42,015 nucleotides of DNA from Acidimicrobiia bacterium (GTDB lineage: Bacteria; Actinomycetota; Acidimicrobiia; Spongiisociales; UBA5794), in assembly GCA_032127155.1 (NCBI GenBank), contig JAQAZV010000132.1, forward strand, positions 1 through 42,015. Direction: 5' to 3'. Numbering within the stretch: the first letter of the stretch is position 1; each line of letters starts with the position of its first letter. The notes beneath the pieces are model-generated. The model saw only the letters and a program-made list of their open reading frames with translations. It made no database searches and was not told the origin of the DNA. The translations under genes and the position numbers were made by a program. This document shows, piece by piece, positions 9,409 through 19,489 of the stretch.

Positions 9409-10002
9409 TTAGGGGGTCGCTGGAGTCCCGAACACGTCAGGTTCGAGTCGCACGAGCGCACGCTCGCTGAGGTTGCGGTCCACACCGGGAATCAGGTTCG
9501 TTGCGGCGGTGTGGTGATACAGGATCTCGACACCGAGCACGTCGAGACCACCCCCACCGGGGTCGAGGGTCGTGTCGCGGGACGTGGGTACCCATGGCCC
9601 CCCAAAGCTGTAGCCAGCGACCGCAGGATCAGGACAGGGAGCCCACTTGCAGGGGACGGCGGGCGTGAAGACGTAGGTGTTGACGGCGCCAAGGTCCTTG
9701 GCTCCGGTGATCTCGTTCGCCCTGAAGATCTGAACGCTGATGAGGACCGATGCGTCGACCTGGTCATACAGGCCAGCTTCAAGCGCCTGCAGGATGCGGA
9801 TGTCCGCCTCTTCGCGTGCCCCCATCGTGGCCCCGGTTCGTGCGGAGGATGTGGCGGCCGAGGCAATCGTCATCTTCTCCCTGAAGAGCAACCCGAATTC
9901 GACGAGCCCAAACACGAGAAGAATCAGGAGCGGCATCACAACCGCCATCTCGACGAGGGCCGCGCCCCGCTCGTTGCTCGCCTTCATGCTCTTCAGCTGC
10001 AT
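9409..10002 (-). CDS. TadE/TadF-like pseudopilin
   Basis: 197 aa. N-terminus ERGAALVEMAVVMPLLILLVFGLVEFG is the classical TadE-like motif. ATG is preceded by GAGGGG. Confidence 0.75.
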   Translation of the reverse strand: MQLKSMKASNERGAALVEMAVVMPLLILLVFGLVEFGLLFREKMTIASAATSSARTGATMGAREEADIRILQALEAGLYDQVDASVLISVQIFRANEITGAKDLGAVNTYVFTPAVPCKWAPCPDPAVAGYSFGGPWVPTSRDTTLDPGGGGLDVLGVEILYHHTAATNLIPGVDRNLSERALVRLEPDVFGTPATP

Positions 10003-10190
10003 TGGTGCCCCTCAGCTCCCGGGTATGACCGGCGATCGTCCCGGTACCCCTGCATCGCTCCGTCGAGCGAGTTGTAACAGATAGTAGCACGCTGACTACT
10101 CAGTGTCACTGACTTGTTCTTCCCACGATGACCGTTCCCGGCCCGCATTGCTGGTGGTCGAGTCGACGGAACCCTATCATCCCACTCCCT

Positions 10191-10273
10191 GCCGGGATGG
10201 CGGAATGGTAGACGCGGCGGACTCAAAATCCGCTGAGCGCAAGCTCGTGTGGGTTCGAGTCCCACTCCCGGTA
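10191..10273 (+). tRNA. tRNA-Leu (anticodon CAA), class II with long variable arm
   Basis: Manual cloverleaf. Acceptor GCCGGGA/TCCCGGT (G1-U72 wobble). D stem GCG/CGC. Anticodon stem GCGGA/TCCGC with loop CUCAAAA. Variable arm GAGC-GCAA-GCUC. T arm GTGGG-TTCGAGT-CCCAC. Discriminator A. The genomic 3' sequence is CCG, so CCA is not fully encoded. Confidence 0.9.
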
Positions 10274-10324
10274 CCGAACGATCCATGACCCGAGTATCGG
10301 CATGCCTCTCCTGAATCTGAAGTG

Positions 10325-11137
10325 TCAACCCCGACGGACCGCGTTGGCTAGTCCCCTCACCAGGTCGGCGACCTCCGTACGGGCGGCGTCGGGATCCGCT
10401 GCCTCCAGGACGCGACGCACGATCGCCGATCCCACGATCACGCCGTCGCCGACCGCTGCCGCAGCCCCAGCCTGTTCCGCTGTGGAAATGCCGACCCCGA
10501 ACACCAGCGGTGCATCGGTTACCGACCGTACGGCTCGGGAGAGCGCCTCGAGATTCGACGACGAACCTGATCTCTCGCCTGTCACACCGATCTCTGCGAT
10601 GCCGTAGACAAACACAGGGTCGAGCTCAGCCATCCGCTCGAGTCGATCCTGCCCCGTCGTCGGCGCGGCGAACTGCACCATCCCGAGACCCAAGCGGTTC
10701 GCAGCCTCCACGAACGGGCGCGACTCATCGGGAGGGAGATCGGCGAGGATCACACCTGAACCACCAGCGCCGTCCACCTTGGCGAGGAACGAGTCGACTC
10801 CGTGCCTGAGCACGGGGTTGACATAGGTCATCACCAGGATCGGGAGGCCGGTTCGTTCCACCACAGCGCGAACGACCTCGAGGGCGACATCGACCGTCAC
10901 ACCCGAGCGCAGCGCCTGGGAACCAGCCTCCATGATCACGGGACCGTCCATCAGGGGGTCTGCGTATGGGATCCCCACCTCGAAACCGTCTGCTCCGGCG
11001 TCCGCCATCGCTTCGAAGATGGCGACGGAATCGTCGATGGTTGGGATCCCCGCCGTGAGGTAGGGCAGAAGAACCGCGCGGTCCTCCGTCCTGGCCGCCG
11101 CGAACATCTGAGTGATGCGACCGCGGCCGTCACGCAT
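10325..11137 (-). CDS. trpA: Tryptophan synthase alpha chain
   Basis: [10 protein letters not shown] and [18 protein letters not shown] motifs. Start re-called at the ATG complement of 11135-11137, which overlaps the trpB stop (ATGCGTGA). The track's longer ORF (to 11314) overlaps trpB. 270 aa. Confidence 0.92.
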   Translation of the reverse strand: MRDGRGRITQMFAAARTEDRAVLLPYLTAGIPTIDDSVAIFEAMADAGADGFEVGIPYADPLMDGPVIMEAGSQALRSGVTVDVALEVVRAVVERTGLPILVMTYVNPVLRHGVDSFLAKVDGAGGSGVILADLPPDESRPFVEAANRLGLGMVQFAAPTTGQDRLERMAELDPVFVYGIAEIGVTGERSGSSSNLEALSRAVRSVTDAPLVFGVGISTAEQAGAAAAVGDGVIVGSAIVRRVLEAADPDAARTEVADLVRGLANAVRRG

Positions 11138-12314
11138 GGAAGGCCGCAACCTGCTGGACATCCTTGTCTCCGCGTCCTGAGAGGTTGAGCACGACGGTCG
11201 ACCCGCGAAGCGTCGCCTTCTCCCGGATGATCCATGCAAGGCCGTGGGCGGATTCCAGGGCGGGGATGATGCCCTCGGCCCTTGCGAGGATATGGAACGC
11301 TTCGATCGCTTCATCGTCGGTCGCGTTCACGTACTCCACCAGGCCTTCGTCCTTGAAATAGGCGTGCTCGGGGCCAACACCCGGATAGTCGAGGCCTGCG
11401 GATATGGAATGTGCCTCGAGGACCTGCCCGAAGTCGTCCTGCAACATGTACGTCATCGCCCCGTGCAGGACTCCAGGGGATCCCTCGCCGAGTGACGCGC
11501 CGTGCTTGCCTGAGCTGATCCCCAAACCAGCTGCCTCGACCCCCACCAACCTGATGCCGGGGTCTCCTGCAAATGGATAGAAGACACCCATGGCGTTCGA
11601 CCCTCCCCCGACCGGAGCAACGATCACTTCGGGTCGTGGAGACCCATCGCTGCCATCCATCTGCTCCTTCAGCTCCTCGCCGATGACCTTCTGGAACTCC
11701 CTGACCATCCACGGGAACGGATGAGGACCGACGACAGAACCGATGATGTAGTGCGTGGTTTCAACGGACGCAACCCAATCTCGCAGCGCTGCGCTCACGG
11801 CGTCCTTGAGGGTCCCGGCACCAGATGTCACGGGGATCACCTCAGCACCGAGCAGGCGCATCCTGTAGACGTTGAGCGCTTGCCGCTCGATGTCCTTCTC
11901 CCCCATGTAGACAGCGCATTCGAGGCCAAACAGGGAACAGGCGGTGGCTGTGGCGACACCGTGCTGTCCTGCTCCGGTCTCGGCGATCACTCGCGGCTTC
12001 CCCATACGCCGGGTCAACAGCGCCTGGGCCACCGTGTTGTTGATCTTGTGTGCCCCGGTATGGGCAAGGTCCTCGCGCTTGAGCCAGAGGTCGATGCCAA
12101 GCCGATCTGACAGCCGTGAGGCGCGATATACCGGCGTCGGCCGACCGACGAAGTCCCTGAGGAGTCTTCGCAGTTCTGCCACGAAGACATCGTCCGACAT
12201 CGCATCGACGAACGCCGTCTCCAGTTCAATGAGTGCTGGCATGAGGGTCTCTGGGGCAAAGGTGCCCCCGTAGACGCCAAACCGACCATGGATGTCCGGC
12301 TTCTCGAGTCTCAT
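11130..12314 (-). CDS. trpB: Tryptophan synthase beta chain
   Basis: PLP-lysine motif HTGAHKINN. Start re-called at the ATG that forms an ATGA overlap with the trpF stop (12311-12314). 394 aa. Confidence 0.95.
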   Translation of the reverse strand: MRLEKPDIHGRFGVYGGTFAPETLMPALIELETAFVDAMSDDVFVAELRRLLRDFVGRPTPVYRASRLSDRLGIDLWLKREDLAHTGAHKINNTVAQALLTRRMGKPRVIAETGAGQHGVATATACSLFGLECAVYMGEKDIERQALNVYRMRLLGAEVIPVTSGAGTLKDAVSAALRDWVASVETTHYIIGSVVGPHPFPWMVREFQKVIGEELKEQMDGSDGSPRPEVIVAPVGGGSNAMGVFYPFAGDPGIRLVGVEAAGLGISSGKHGASLGEGSPGVLHGAMTYMLQDDFGQVLEAHSISAGLDYPGVGPEHAYFKDEGLVEYVNATDDEAIEAFHILARAEGIIPALESAHGLAWIIREKATLRGSTVVLNLSGRGDKDVQQVAAFHA

Positions 12315-12919
12315 GCCTGCTTGGCCTCCCACACGAAGGCTCGGATGGTATCCGGATCCTTGACACCGGGAGCTGACTCCAATCGGCTCGATGCATCAAC
12401 CCCGAACGGCCGCACCAATCGGATCGCTTCGCCGACATTGTCGGGGCCGAGCCCGCCAGCGAGAACGAACGGCCGTTCGACCGCTGCAACGAGGTCCCAC
12501 GCAAAGGTCCTCCCCGAGCCGCCGTGAGCTTTGGTGTACGTGTCGAAGAGAACGAGCGCATCGTCGAGGTCTGCGGGGGCAGCCACCGGAGGTCCATCGA
12601 CGCCGACGGAGATCGGATACAACACGTCGTATCCCTGTGACAACGCGGCGAGCGCGACACGCTCGGCGAACGCACCGTATGGCTGTATGCCGACCGCTCC
12701 GCACTCGTCGGCGACGCGGAGCGCAACGTCGGGTGGGACGTCGGCGACGAGGATGAACGAGGGAACGGAGGTGTCGCCGATCAGGGCAGCTGCCTGGCGC
12801 GCCGCGATCTTCCTCGGTGACCCCTCAACGAGAACGAACCCCAGCGCGTCCGCACCAGCCTCGACGGCAGCATCCCTCGCTTCAGCCGTGGTGATGCCGC
12901 ACACCTTCACCCAGGTCAT
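12311..12919 (-). CDS. trpF: Phosphoribosylanthranilate isomerase
   Basis: 202 aa. N-terminus [13 protein letters not shown]-barrel PRAI-like sequence. ATGA overlap with the trpC stop. Confidence 0.9.
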   Translation of the reverse strand: MTWVKVCGITTAEARDAAVEAGADALGFVLVEGSPRKIAARQAAALIGDTSVPSFILVADVPPDVALRVADECGAVGIQPYGAFAERVALAALSQGYDVLYPISVGVDGPPVAAPADLDDALVLFDTYTKAHGGSGRTFAWDLVAAVERPFVLAGGLGPDNVGEAIRLVRPFGVDASSRLESAPGVKDPDTIRAFVWEAKQA

Positions 12920-13683
12920 CGTGCCCCCTTGAGGAGGGCGACGAAGGCCGCGGGGTCGGGGTGCCGCACGAGTGCCTCACCAACGAGGATGGCGTCATAG
13001 CCTGCGACACGCATCCGCCGAGCACCCTCGGGGTCAGACACGCCAGATTCAGCGATCGTGGTGACCGACGAGGGAAGCGCTGCGGCAACGGATTCTGCAA
13101 CCGCGAGATCTGTCACGAACGTCGTGAGATCCCTGTTGTTCACGCCGATGATCGAGGCACCTGCCGCGGTCGCACGTCGGACCTCGTCGAGGGAGTGGGC
13201 TTCGACGATGGCATCCACGCCGACGTCGCCAGCCACACCAACGAGATCTCGCAGCGTCGTATCGTCGAGGGTGGCGACGATGAGAAGGACAGCGTCTGCC
13301 CCCGCTGCCCGTGCTTCCCAGATCTGGGCGCCGTTTCTCGTGAAGTCCTTGCGAAGGACCGGTATCGACACGGCTTCACGAACGGCCATGAGATCGTCGA
13401 GGGATCCATTGAAGAAGTCGGGTTCCGTCACCACGGAGATGGCATTCGCGCCCCCGCGCTCGTAGGCACGGGCGTGGGCCACGGGGTCCATGTCCGTGGA
13501 TATCACCCCAGCCGACGGTGAACGTCTCTTGATCTCTGCGATCACGGCGATGCCGTCCCCGATCAACGCGGACCGAAACGACCGAACGCCACCCGCCCTT
13601 GCGGCTTCTTCCACGAGTCTGTCGATGTTACGAGCGGTCACAGCCGCCCGTCGATCAGCCGATGTCAGGATGTCCTCGAGCAT
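12916..13683 (-). CDS. trpC: Indole-3-glycerol phosphate synthase
   Basis: IAEIKRRSPSAG motif. Start re-called at the ATG complement of 13681-13683 (MLEDIL...), because the longer track ORF overlaps the trpE 3' end. 255 aa. Confidence 0.9.
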   Translation of the reverse strand: MLEDILTSADRRAAVTARNIDRLVEEAARAGGVRSFRSALIGDGIAVIAEIKRRSPSAGVISTDMDPVAHARAYERGGANAISVVTEPDFFNGSLDDLMAVREAVSIPVLRKDFTRNGAQIWEARAAGADAVLLIVATLDDTTLRDLVGVAGDVGVDAIVEAHSLDEVRRATAAGASIIGVNNRDLTTFVTDLAVAESVAAALPSSVTTIAESGVSDPEGARRMRVAGYDAILVGEALVRHPDPAAFVALLKGAR

Positions 13684-13727
13684 CGGCGCATGGTATGGCG
13701 ACGATGGGCCGACGCTGCGGCGGGTCG

Positions 13728-15212
13728 TCACATCCTCGACGCGGCCGCAATCGCCGTGAGGACGGCCCTCGCCTTGGCCAGGCATTCGTCATATTCCCGG
13801 GCGGGGTCGGAATCGACGACGACCCCTGCACCCGCCTGGACCCATGCCGTCGAGCCCTTGACGACGCATGTCCGAAGCCCAATGGCTGTGTCGAGGTTTC
13901 CGGAGAAGTCGACGTAACCAACCGCCCCCGCATAGGGCCCCCGAGCCGTGGGCTCGAGCTCATCGATGATCTCCATCGCCCGTACCTTCGGCGCCCCGCT
14001 GACGGTGCCGTGGGGAAACGTTGCTTTGAGCACATCGACGGGCCCGAGTCCCTCGCGGAGCTCACCCGAAACCCCCGACACGATGTGCATCACATGGGAA
14101 TAGCGTTCGATGACCATCAGATCGTCGACCTTCACGGTTCCGAATGAGCACACCCTGCCGAGATCATTCCGTGCAAGGTCGATCAGCATCACATGTTCAG
14201 CGAGCTCCTTCGGATCGGCCAGCAGCTCGACCTCCAACGCCAGATCCTCCTCCGTCGTCGCTCCCCTCGGTCGCGTGCCTGCGATCGGGCGTGAGAACAC
14301 GCGTCCGTCCCGAACGCGCGACATCAGTTCCGGCGACGAGCCAACAATGCTGAGGTCTCCCGACCGCACCAGGAACATGAAGGGAGATGGGTTGACGATC
14401 CGCAGTGCCCTGTACAGGTCGAAGGGCGAGCCGTCCAAGGCAGCCTCGAAGCGGATCGATGGAACAACCTGGAAAGCATCCCCCGCCTCGATGTAGGCGA
14501 TCGCGCAGCGGACCGCAGACTCAAAATCCCCCTGGGTCATGTTGGCGAGTGCTTCTGCCTCGACGTCGAAGGTTGGACGCTCCAGCACCTTGCCCGACAT
14601 CGGCTCCGAGAGTCGCTCAATGCCAGCGCGCAATTCGTCGATGGCTGCCGCGTAGTCCTGGTCAGGGTCATCCGTGACGACAACGTTGTGGATCAGGACG
14701 ATCGCGTCACGCTGACGATCCATGGCGGCGAGGCCCCCGACGACCTGCCACAGCATTTCTGGGAGATCGCGATCGTCCGGTGGCATGTCCGGAAGCCGCT
14801 CGATGTAACGAACTGCGTCGTACCCGAGGAAACCGACAGAACCGGAATGGAGCGGGGGCACAGGACCTGTGAATCCCAGCGCCTCCGCAGGTGGGACGGA
14901 GTACCGGTCGATGAGATCGCGAAGGACCTCGAGGGGATCGCCATCGGCAATGGGGATGTCCGAGCGATCAACCGACGCCACACCGTGTCGAGCCGACACG
15001 GTGAATGCCGGATTCCAACCGACAAATGACCATCTCCCCCAGCGCTCCCCTCCCTCGACCGACTCGAGAAGGAACCCGTCTCCGTCCCCGACCAGGCGCT
15101 CGTAGACCGAAACAGGCGTGTGATGATCCCCCATGACCTCCACAGCTATCGGTATCACCGAGTATTCGGCAGCGAGCGCCGTGAACCCCTCGAGGGTGAG
15201 CGATGGCTTCAT
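13728..15212 (-). CDS. trpE: Anthranilate synthase component I
   Basis: Chorismate-binding domain (LMVIERYSHVMHIVS, GAVGYVDFSGNLDTAIGLRT). Start re-called at the ATG complement of 15210-15212 (MKPSLTLEGF...), 28 nt downstream of the ccdA stop. 494 aa. Confidence 0.93.
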   Translation of the reverse strand: MKPSLTLEGFTALAAEYSVIPIAVEVMGDHHTPVSVYERLVGDGDGFLLESVEGGERWGRWSFVGWNPAFTVSARHGVASVDRSDIPIADGDPLEVLRDLIDRYSVPPAEALGFTGPVPPLHSGSVGFLGYDAVRYIERLPDMPPDDRDLPEMLWQVVGGLAAMDRQRDAIVLIHNVVVTDDPDQDYAAAIDELRAGIERLSEPMSGKVLERPTFDVEAEALANMTQGDFESAVRCAIAYIEAGDAFQVVPSIRFEAALDGSPFDLYRALRIVNPSPFMFLVRSGDLSIVGSSPELMSRVRDGRVFSRPIAGTRPRGATTEEDLALEVELLADPKELAEHVMLIDLARNDLGRVCSFGTVKVDDLMVIERYSHVMHIVSGVSGELREGLGPVDVLKATFPHGTVSGAPKVRAMEIIDELEPTARGPYAGAVGYVDFSGNLDTAIGLRTCVVKGSTAWVQAGAGVVVDSDPAREYDECLAKARAVLTAIAAASRM

Positions 15213-15240
15213 GCGGCGAGGGTACCTGCACGAGTGCCGC

Positions 15241-16095
15241 TCAGACGTCTGCGAGGTCCTCGAGGCCGAGACGCACCAACAGATCGGAGAACCAAGCCGA
15301 CAGCTGCGTAATTTCGCCCGTGACCAACAGCACACCGAAGAGCGCGAGGAGCACGCCAGAGGCAACCGTGATCTGGGTGAGGTACCGCTTGACCCATGCG
15401 AAGGCTGAGAACGCCTTTGCCAGCAACAGTGATGTCAGCAGAAACGGTACGCCGAGGCCAACGCTGTAGAAGAACAACACGACCATGCCCTGGAACACGG
15501 TGTCCTCGCTCGCCCCGAGGAGAAGGGCAGAGGCAAGGAAGGGGCCGATGCACGGAGTCCATCCGAATGCGAAGGCTGCGCCCATGACAGGAGGACCGAA
15601 GACACCAAGCCGTCGCGCTCCCGACGATTCGACCCTGCGATCCTTCATCACCGGAAGCAGCCACTGGGGAGTCCACACGGCCGTGATGGCGATGAAGAGC
15701 CCCATGGTGATGATCGCCCAGCCAGCGACGACCGTGAACACATTCTGGCTCAGGATGCTCGACAGCGATGTCGCTGTGGCACCGAGAGCAACAAAGACGA
15801 GGGTGAAGCCGAGGATGAACAACCCGGTCCTGCCGACCACGCGCTTCATGGAAACGTCGCCCTCGGAGAGCTCGGTCATGTCATATCCCGACATCAACGA
15901 CACATACCCGGGAAGTAGGGGAAGCACACACGGCGAGATGAACGACGCCGCTCCCGCGAACAATGCGGCGATGATCGAAACCTGCAACCGAGCCCTTCCA
16001 ATCGTGACGACACTGCAACGGTAGGGACGGGCCCTGTGTTCCCGGGCATTGTCGTCACTCCCCCAGCACTGATCGCCCGTGTGTCTCGACCACAC
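15241..16095 (-). CDS. ccdA: Cytochrome c biogenesis / thiol-disulfide transporter CcdA (DsbD-family membrane protein)
   Basis: Polytopic membrane protein with the ISPCVLPLLPGY motif. The start is uncertain: the first 30 or so residues of the longest ORF look non-coding, and a TTG at the complement of 15985-15987 is an alternative. Confidence 0.8.
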   Translation of the reverse strand: MWSRHTGDQCWGSDDNAREHRARPYRCSVVTIGRARLQVSIIAALFAGAASFISPCVLPLLPGYVSLMSGYDMTELSEGDVSMKRVVGRTGLFILGFTLVFVALGATATSLSSILSQNVFTVVAGWAIITMGLFIAITAVWTPQWLLPVMKDRRVESSGARRLGVFGPPVMGAAFAFGWTPCIGPFLASALLLGASEDTVFQGMVVLFFYSVGLGVPFLLTSLLLAKAFSAFAWVKRYLTQITVASGVLLALFGVLLVTGEITQLSAWFSDLLVRLGLEDLADV

Positions 16096-16213
16096 AGCTG
16101 CGGGGACGGCCGGTCGACGGATCCCTGGTTCTCAAACATCGAACCACCCGACAGGGGTGAACGTCCCCCAGTCGCAAGCGGGGTAACCTCGCCCCGACCT
16201 CTTCTGGGACACG

Positions 16214-17491
16214 ATGGGAATTCCACACACCACACCAAGGCCAACCGCGTTCACCGCGACCGATCGGCGCGTCCTGTTCCTGACGGCCATCATCGGCTTC
16301 GTGGCCGGATACGCCGGAAGCGCGATGCCGCACACGCTCCCGTTCGCCCGCACTGCTCTCGAACTCACCGAGGGCCAGATGAGCCTGATCTTCGCGATCG
16401 TGAGGGCCGTCTCACTGCTCGGCGTCCTGTTCGCGATGTCTGCGGATACGCACGGTCGGAAGCGACCGATCCTGGCTGCCTACACCGCGATGTTGATCGC
16501 GAGCCTCGCCACCGCCCTGCTGCCATCGGTGGCCGCCTACATCGTGTCACAGGCCGTCGTGCGCCTCTGTCTGATCGCGATCACAGCCCTGACGCTCGTG
16601 CTCCTCGCCGAGCAGATCCAGCCGGGGCGCAGGGCACTGGGTATCGGCATCTTTGGCCTGGCTGGGTCCATGGGTGTCGGCCTCGGACTGGTGCTCCTTC
16701 CCATCGCCGAGAGCAACGACAATGCCTGGCGGGTGCTGTTCGGACTCGCTGCACTCGGTCTCCTCTTCGTCCCCCTCCTGACTCGATATCTCCCGGAGAG
16801 CAGGGCGTTCCACGCCGCACCCCGTATCCCCTTCATCAAGGCACTCGGCATGGGGCTGTCGCGCCATTTCTGGCCACTCGCTGGAATCTCGTTCTTCGTG
16901 GCGGCCTTCTCCTCTCCTGCCTTCGACTTCGTCCTGGAACGGTTGATCAACGATCTGAGTTGGGACACGGGCGCGGCACGGTTCCTCCTCATCGTTTTCT
17001 CGGGACTGGGAACCATTGGTCTCCTCGTGGGCGGCACCATGGCCGACCGATACGGTCGACGACCAACCACAATCGCCGCCATTGCCCTCGGCCTCGTCGG
17101 GGGCGTTGGGTTCTACCTGTTGGATTCTGGATGGTTCCTCGCCGCGTCGATATTCCTGGCGACACTCGGTGCGACCATGCTCACCCCCGCATTCGGAGCG
17201 TTCCGCGCTGAGCTCTTCCCGACCAGGGTGCGAGCGACCGCGAACGCATGGGTGTCGAACGCTGCGATCATCGGGAGCATCGCAGGATTCTCGATCGGGG
17301 CGTACCTCATCGATCGCATTGGTCTCCCGGTCACCGTCGCCGCCCTCGGTGCTGGTCTGCTGTTGTCGATGGTGCTCGTCCTCAGGCTTCCTGAGACGCG
17401 AGGGATGGACCTCGTCCGGGCGCCAAAGGGCCGAAGCGGTGCCACAGCGCCAGCGCCGCCAGCCGGGTCAGGGACAGCACCAACACACTGA
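16214..17491 (+). CDS. MFS transporter
   Basis: 425 aa, about 12 hydrophobic segments. Motif-A-like loops (SADTHGRKRP, MADRYGRRP). ATG start at 16214. Confidence 0.8.
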   Translation: MGIPHTTPRPTAFTATDRRVLFLTAIIGFVAGYAGSAMPHTLPFARTALELTEGQMSLIFAIVRAVSLLGVLFAMSADTHGRKRPILAAYTAMLIASLATALLPSVAAYIVSQAVVRLCLIAITALTLVLLAEQIQPGRRALGIGIFGLAGSMGVGLGLVLLPIAESNDNAWRVLFGLAALGLLFVPLLTRYLPESRAFHAAPRIPFIKALGMGLSRHFWPLAGISFFVAAFSSPAFDFVLERLINDLSWDTGAARFLLIVFSGLGTIGLLVGGTMADRYGRRPTTIAAIALGLVGGVGFYLLDSGWFLAASIFLATLGATMLTPAFGAFRAELFPTRVRATANAWVSNAAIIGSIAGFSIGAYLIDRIGLPVTVAALGAGLLLSMVLVLRLPETRGMDLVRAPKGRSGATAPAPPAGSGTAPTH

Positions 17492-18725
17492 CCCACACTC
17501 CCACCAGTGTGGTGCCCACGAGAAGGAGCGTTGCGACGCACAGCACACTCGCAACCACCATCGACGCCCCGAGGTACAAGAACGCGCTCGCACCGATCCC
17601 GATGCCGTCCCACACGTACACGAGCGCCGTCAGTGGTTGGAGCATGATGACGAACGGGTAGATCGACCGGAGACCGGAAGCAACGGCTGGTTCGGCCGAG
17701 AAGGCGGTCGGTATCAGTGGCGCAGTGAGTACGAGGGCAAGAGACAGCACACATCCCGTGACGAAGCCGAGGGCGAGGAGCCGATTCGAAACCCGCCTTG
17801 CCGCAGACACGGCCCCCCCTCCAAGGTCAGTCCCGACCATCGCCTCGGCAGCGACAGCGTACGAGTCGAGGACGAATGACAGAAACAACCACACCTGGAG
17901 CGCGATCTGGTGTGCGGCGACATCGGCGGTCCCGATCCGGGAGGCCGCAAACGTGGTGGCGAGGAGAGCCACCAGCAGCGCGGCACTGCGGATCATCATG
18001 GGCCAGCCTGCCCTCAGGATCCTCATATACGGGAGGGATCGCATCGTCCCGAAAGGACCATCGGTTCCGAGGGTGTGGGAGCGGAGCCAGAACATCAGCA
18101 GGATGAAACAGCCAGCGGCGAACCACTGCGCCGCGACCGTTGCCCACGCAGCGCCAGCGATACCAAGCCCGACCCAGAACATCAGGATCGGGTCGAGCAC
18201 GATGTTGATCAGGTTCATTCCGAGCGCCACGAGCAGCGGTGTCCTGGTGTCGGAATGGCCGCGGAAGACTCCGTGTCCCACCATTGCGACGAGCATCGCA
18301 GGGAGTGCAAGGAATCTGATCCGCAGATAGACCGTCGCGTCCATCGAGACGATGCGGGACGCTCCGAACACCGAGACGATCCCAGACGCGGCGACGATCG
18401 CAATGAGGGCCACTGCGATGCCTACGGCGCACGAAACAACGACGGCGCCCTTCGAGACGGTGCCCGCACCCGTCCGATTGCCGCTGCCAACCTCCCCGGC
18501 CACCAGCGGCGTCACCGTCATCGAGACGAAGTTGAAGATCGAGAACAGTGCGGCGAATACCGCAGAGGCAATGGCGACCGAAGCGAGAGCATTCGTTCCG
18601 AGCCGGGCGACCCACACCGTATCGACGATCGAGACGAGGGGGTCCATGGCGAGCGTACCGAGCGCGGGAATTGCGAGGGCAGCGATGGCCTTGTCCCTCG
18701 GGTTGCGCCTGAATGCAGCCAGCAT
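17382..18725 (-). CDS. MATE family efflux transporter (DinF-like)
   Basis: 447 aa, 12-TM pattern. N-terminus ALAIPALGTLAMDPLVSIVDTVWVARLG is typical of MATE/DinF. Starts 6 nt after the nth stop. Confidence 0.85.
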   Translation of the reverse strand: MLAAFRRNPRDKAIAALAIPALGTLAMDPLVSIVDTVWVARLGTNALASVAIASAVFAALFSIFNFVSMTVTPLVAGEVGSGNRTGAGTVSKGAVVVSCAVGIAVALIAIVAASGIVSVFGASRIVSMDATVYLRIRFLALPAMLVAMVGHGVFRGHSDTRTPLLVALGMNLINIVLDPILMFWVGLGIAGAAWATVAAQWFAAGCFILLMFWLRSHTLGTDGPFGTMRSLPYMRILRAGWPMMIRSAALLVALLATTFAASRIGTADVAAHQIALQVWLFLSFVLDSYAVAAEAMVGTDLGGGAVSAARRVSNRLLALGFVTGCVLSLALVLTAPLIPTAFSAEPAVASGLRSIYPFVIMLQPLTALVYVWDGIGIGASAFLYLGASMVVASVLCVATLLLVGTTLVGVWVSVLVLSLTRLAALALWHRFGPLAPGRGPSLASQEA

Positions 18726-18731
18726 GCTCGC

Positions 18732-19403
18732 CTACCCGGCGGCAACAGCCTTCGGCTCGAACGCGCATCTATCCCGCAATGGGCAATCCCAGCATCGCGG
18801 CTTCCTGGCATCGCAGACGTCGCGCCCGAACTGGATGAAACGCATCGACACCCCCGACCAGTCCTTCTTCAGGTACAGGCCCTTGAGCTCCCGCTCGATC
18901 GCTTCGGGATCGGAGCTGTGGGTGAGACCGAGTCGACGGGCGACGCGGTTCACATGCGTGTCGACGGCGATCGCAGGGATGTCCCACACCTCGGCAAGGA
19001 CGACCGAGGCCGTCTTCCTGCCGACACCTCGGAGCTTCACGAGCTCGTTGAAGTCGGTCGGGACCTCGCCGCCGTGGAACTCGACGAGATCGGAGGACAG
19101 GGCGATGATGCTCTTGGTCTTCTGCCGATAGAAGCCTGTCGAAAACACGAGGGCCTCGACCTCCTCTGGGTTCGCCATGGCAAGGTCGTGGGATGTGGGA
19201 AATCGCTTGAATAGCGCTGGCACGACCTTGTTCACGTTCTCGTCTGTCGTTTGGGCTGAGAGGACGGTTGACACGAGGAGTTGCCATGGTGATGCATACA
19301 CGAGGGCGGTTGACATCTCGGGGTATCGAGCGCGGAGCCGCCGGAGGATGACCCTGGCGTTGCGCTTCTCAGCCGTGCTTGGTTCCGGAATCGACTTCGC
19401 CAT
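18732..19403 (-). CDS. nth: Endonuclease III
   Basis: 223 aa. HhH motif LVKLRGVGRKTASVVL. 4Fe-4S cluster loop CDARKPRCWDCPLRDRC. Confidence 0.95.
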   Translation of the reverse strand: MAKSIPEPSTAEKRNARVILRRLRARYPEMSTALVYASPWQLLVSTVLSAQTTDENVNKVVPALFKRFPTSHDLAMANPEEVEALVFSTGFYRQKTKSIIALSSDLVEFHGGEVPTDFNELVKLRGVGRKTASVVLAEVWDIPAIAVDTHVNRVARRLGLTHSSDPEAIERELKGLYLKKDWSGVSMRFIQFGRDVCDARKPRCWDCPLRDRCAFEPKAVAAG

Positions 19404-19489
19404 GGCGACGGATGCTACCGGTCTAGGGTGTCAGCCTGGGTCCGACACGGAGGTCGGTCCCGCCAGCACATACGATCGGAAGGTCTCTC

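Noticed and set aside
10003-10190. Search for a Flp pilin or other small gene or sRNA in the 188-nt gap upstream of the tadE-like gene (also 3315-3430).
   Set aside because: No ORF has an Flp-type hydrophobic core or processing motif in any frame, and I found no convincing structured RNA. The gap is most likely just the promoter region.
7836-10273. Possible tRNA-linked genomic island, because the tadE/tadG genes adjoin tRNA-Leu.
   Set aside because: The genes lie at the 5' side of the tRNA rather than the usual 3' integration side. I could see no integrase and no direct repeat of the tRNA 3' end, and the flanks are core genes.
17827-19214. Long ORFs (17827-18768 minus, alternative frame; 17910-19214 plus) over the MATE/nth region. 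The same applies to 1103-2374, 16036-17211, 31402-32868 and 36918-37829.
   Set aside because: They are out-of-frame or antisense to recognisable genes, and their Arg/Gly/Pro-rich translations are characteristic of non-coding frames in GC-rich DNA.
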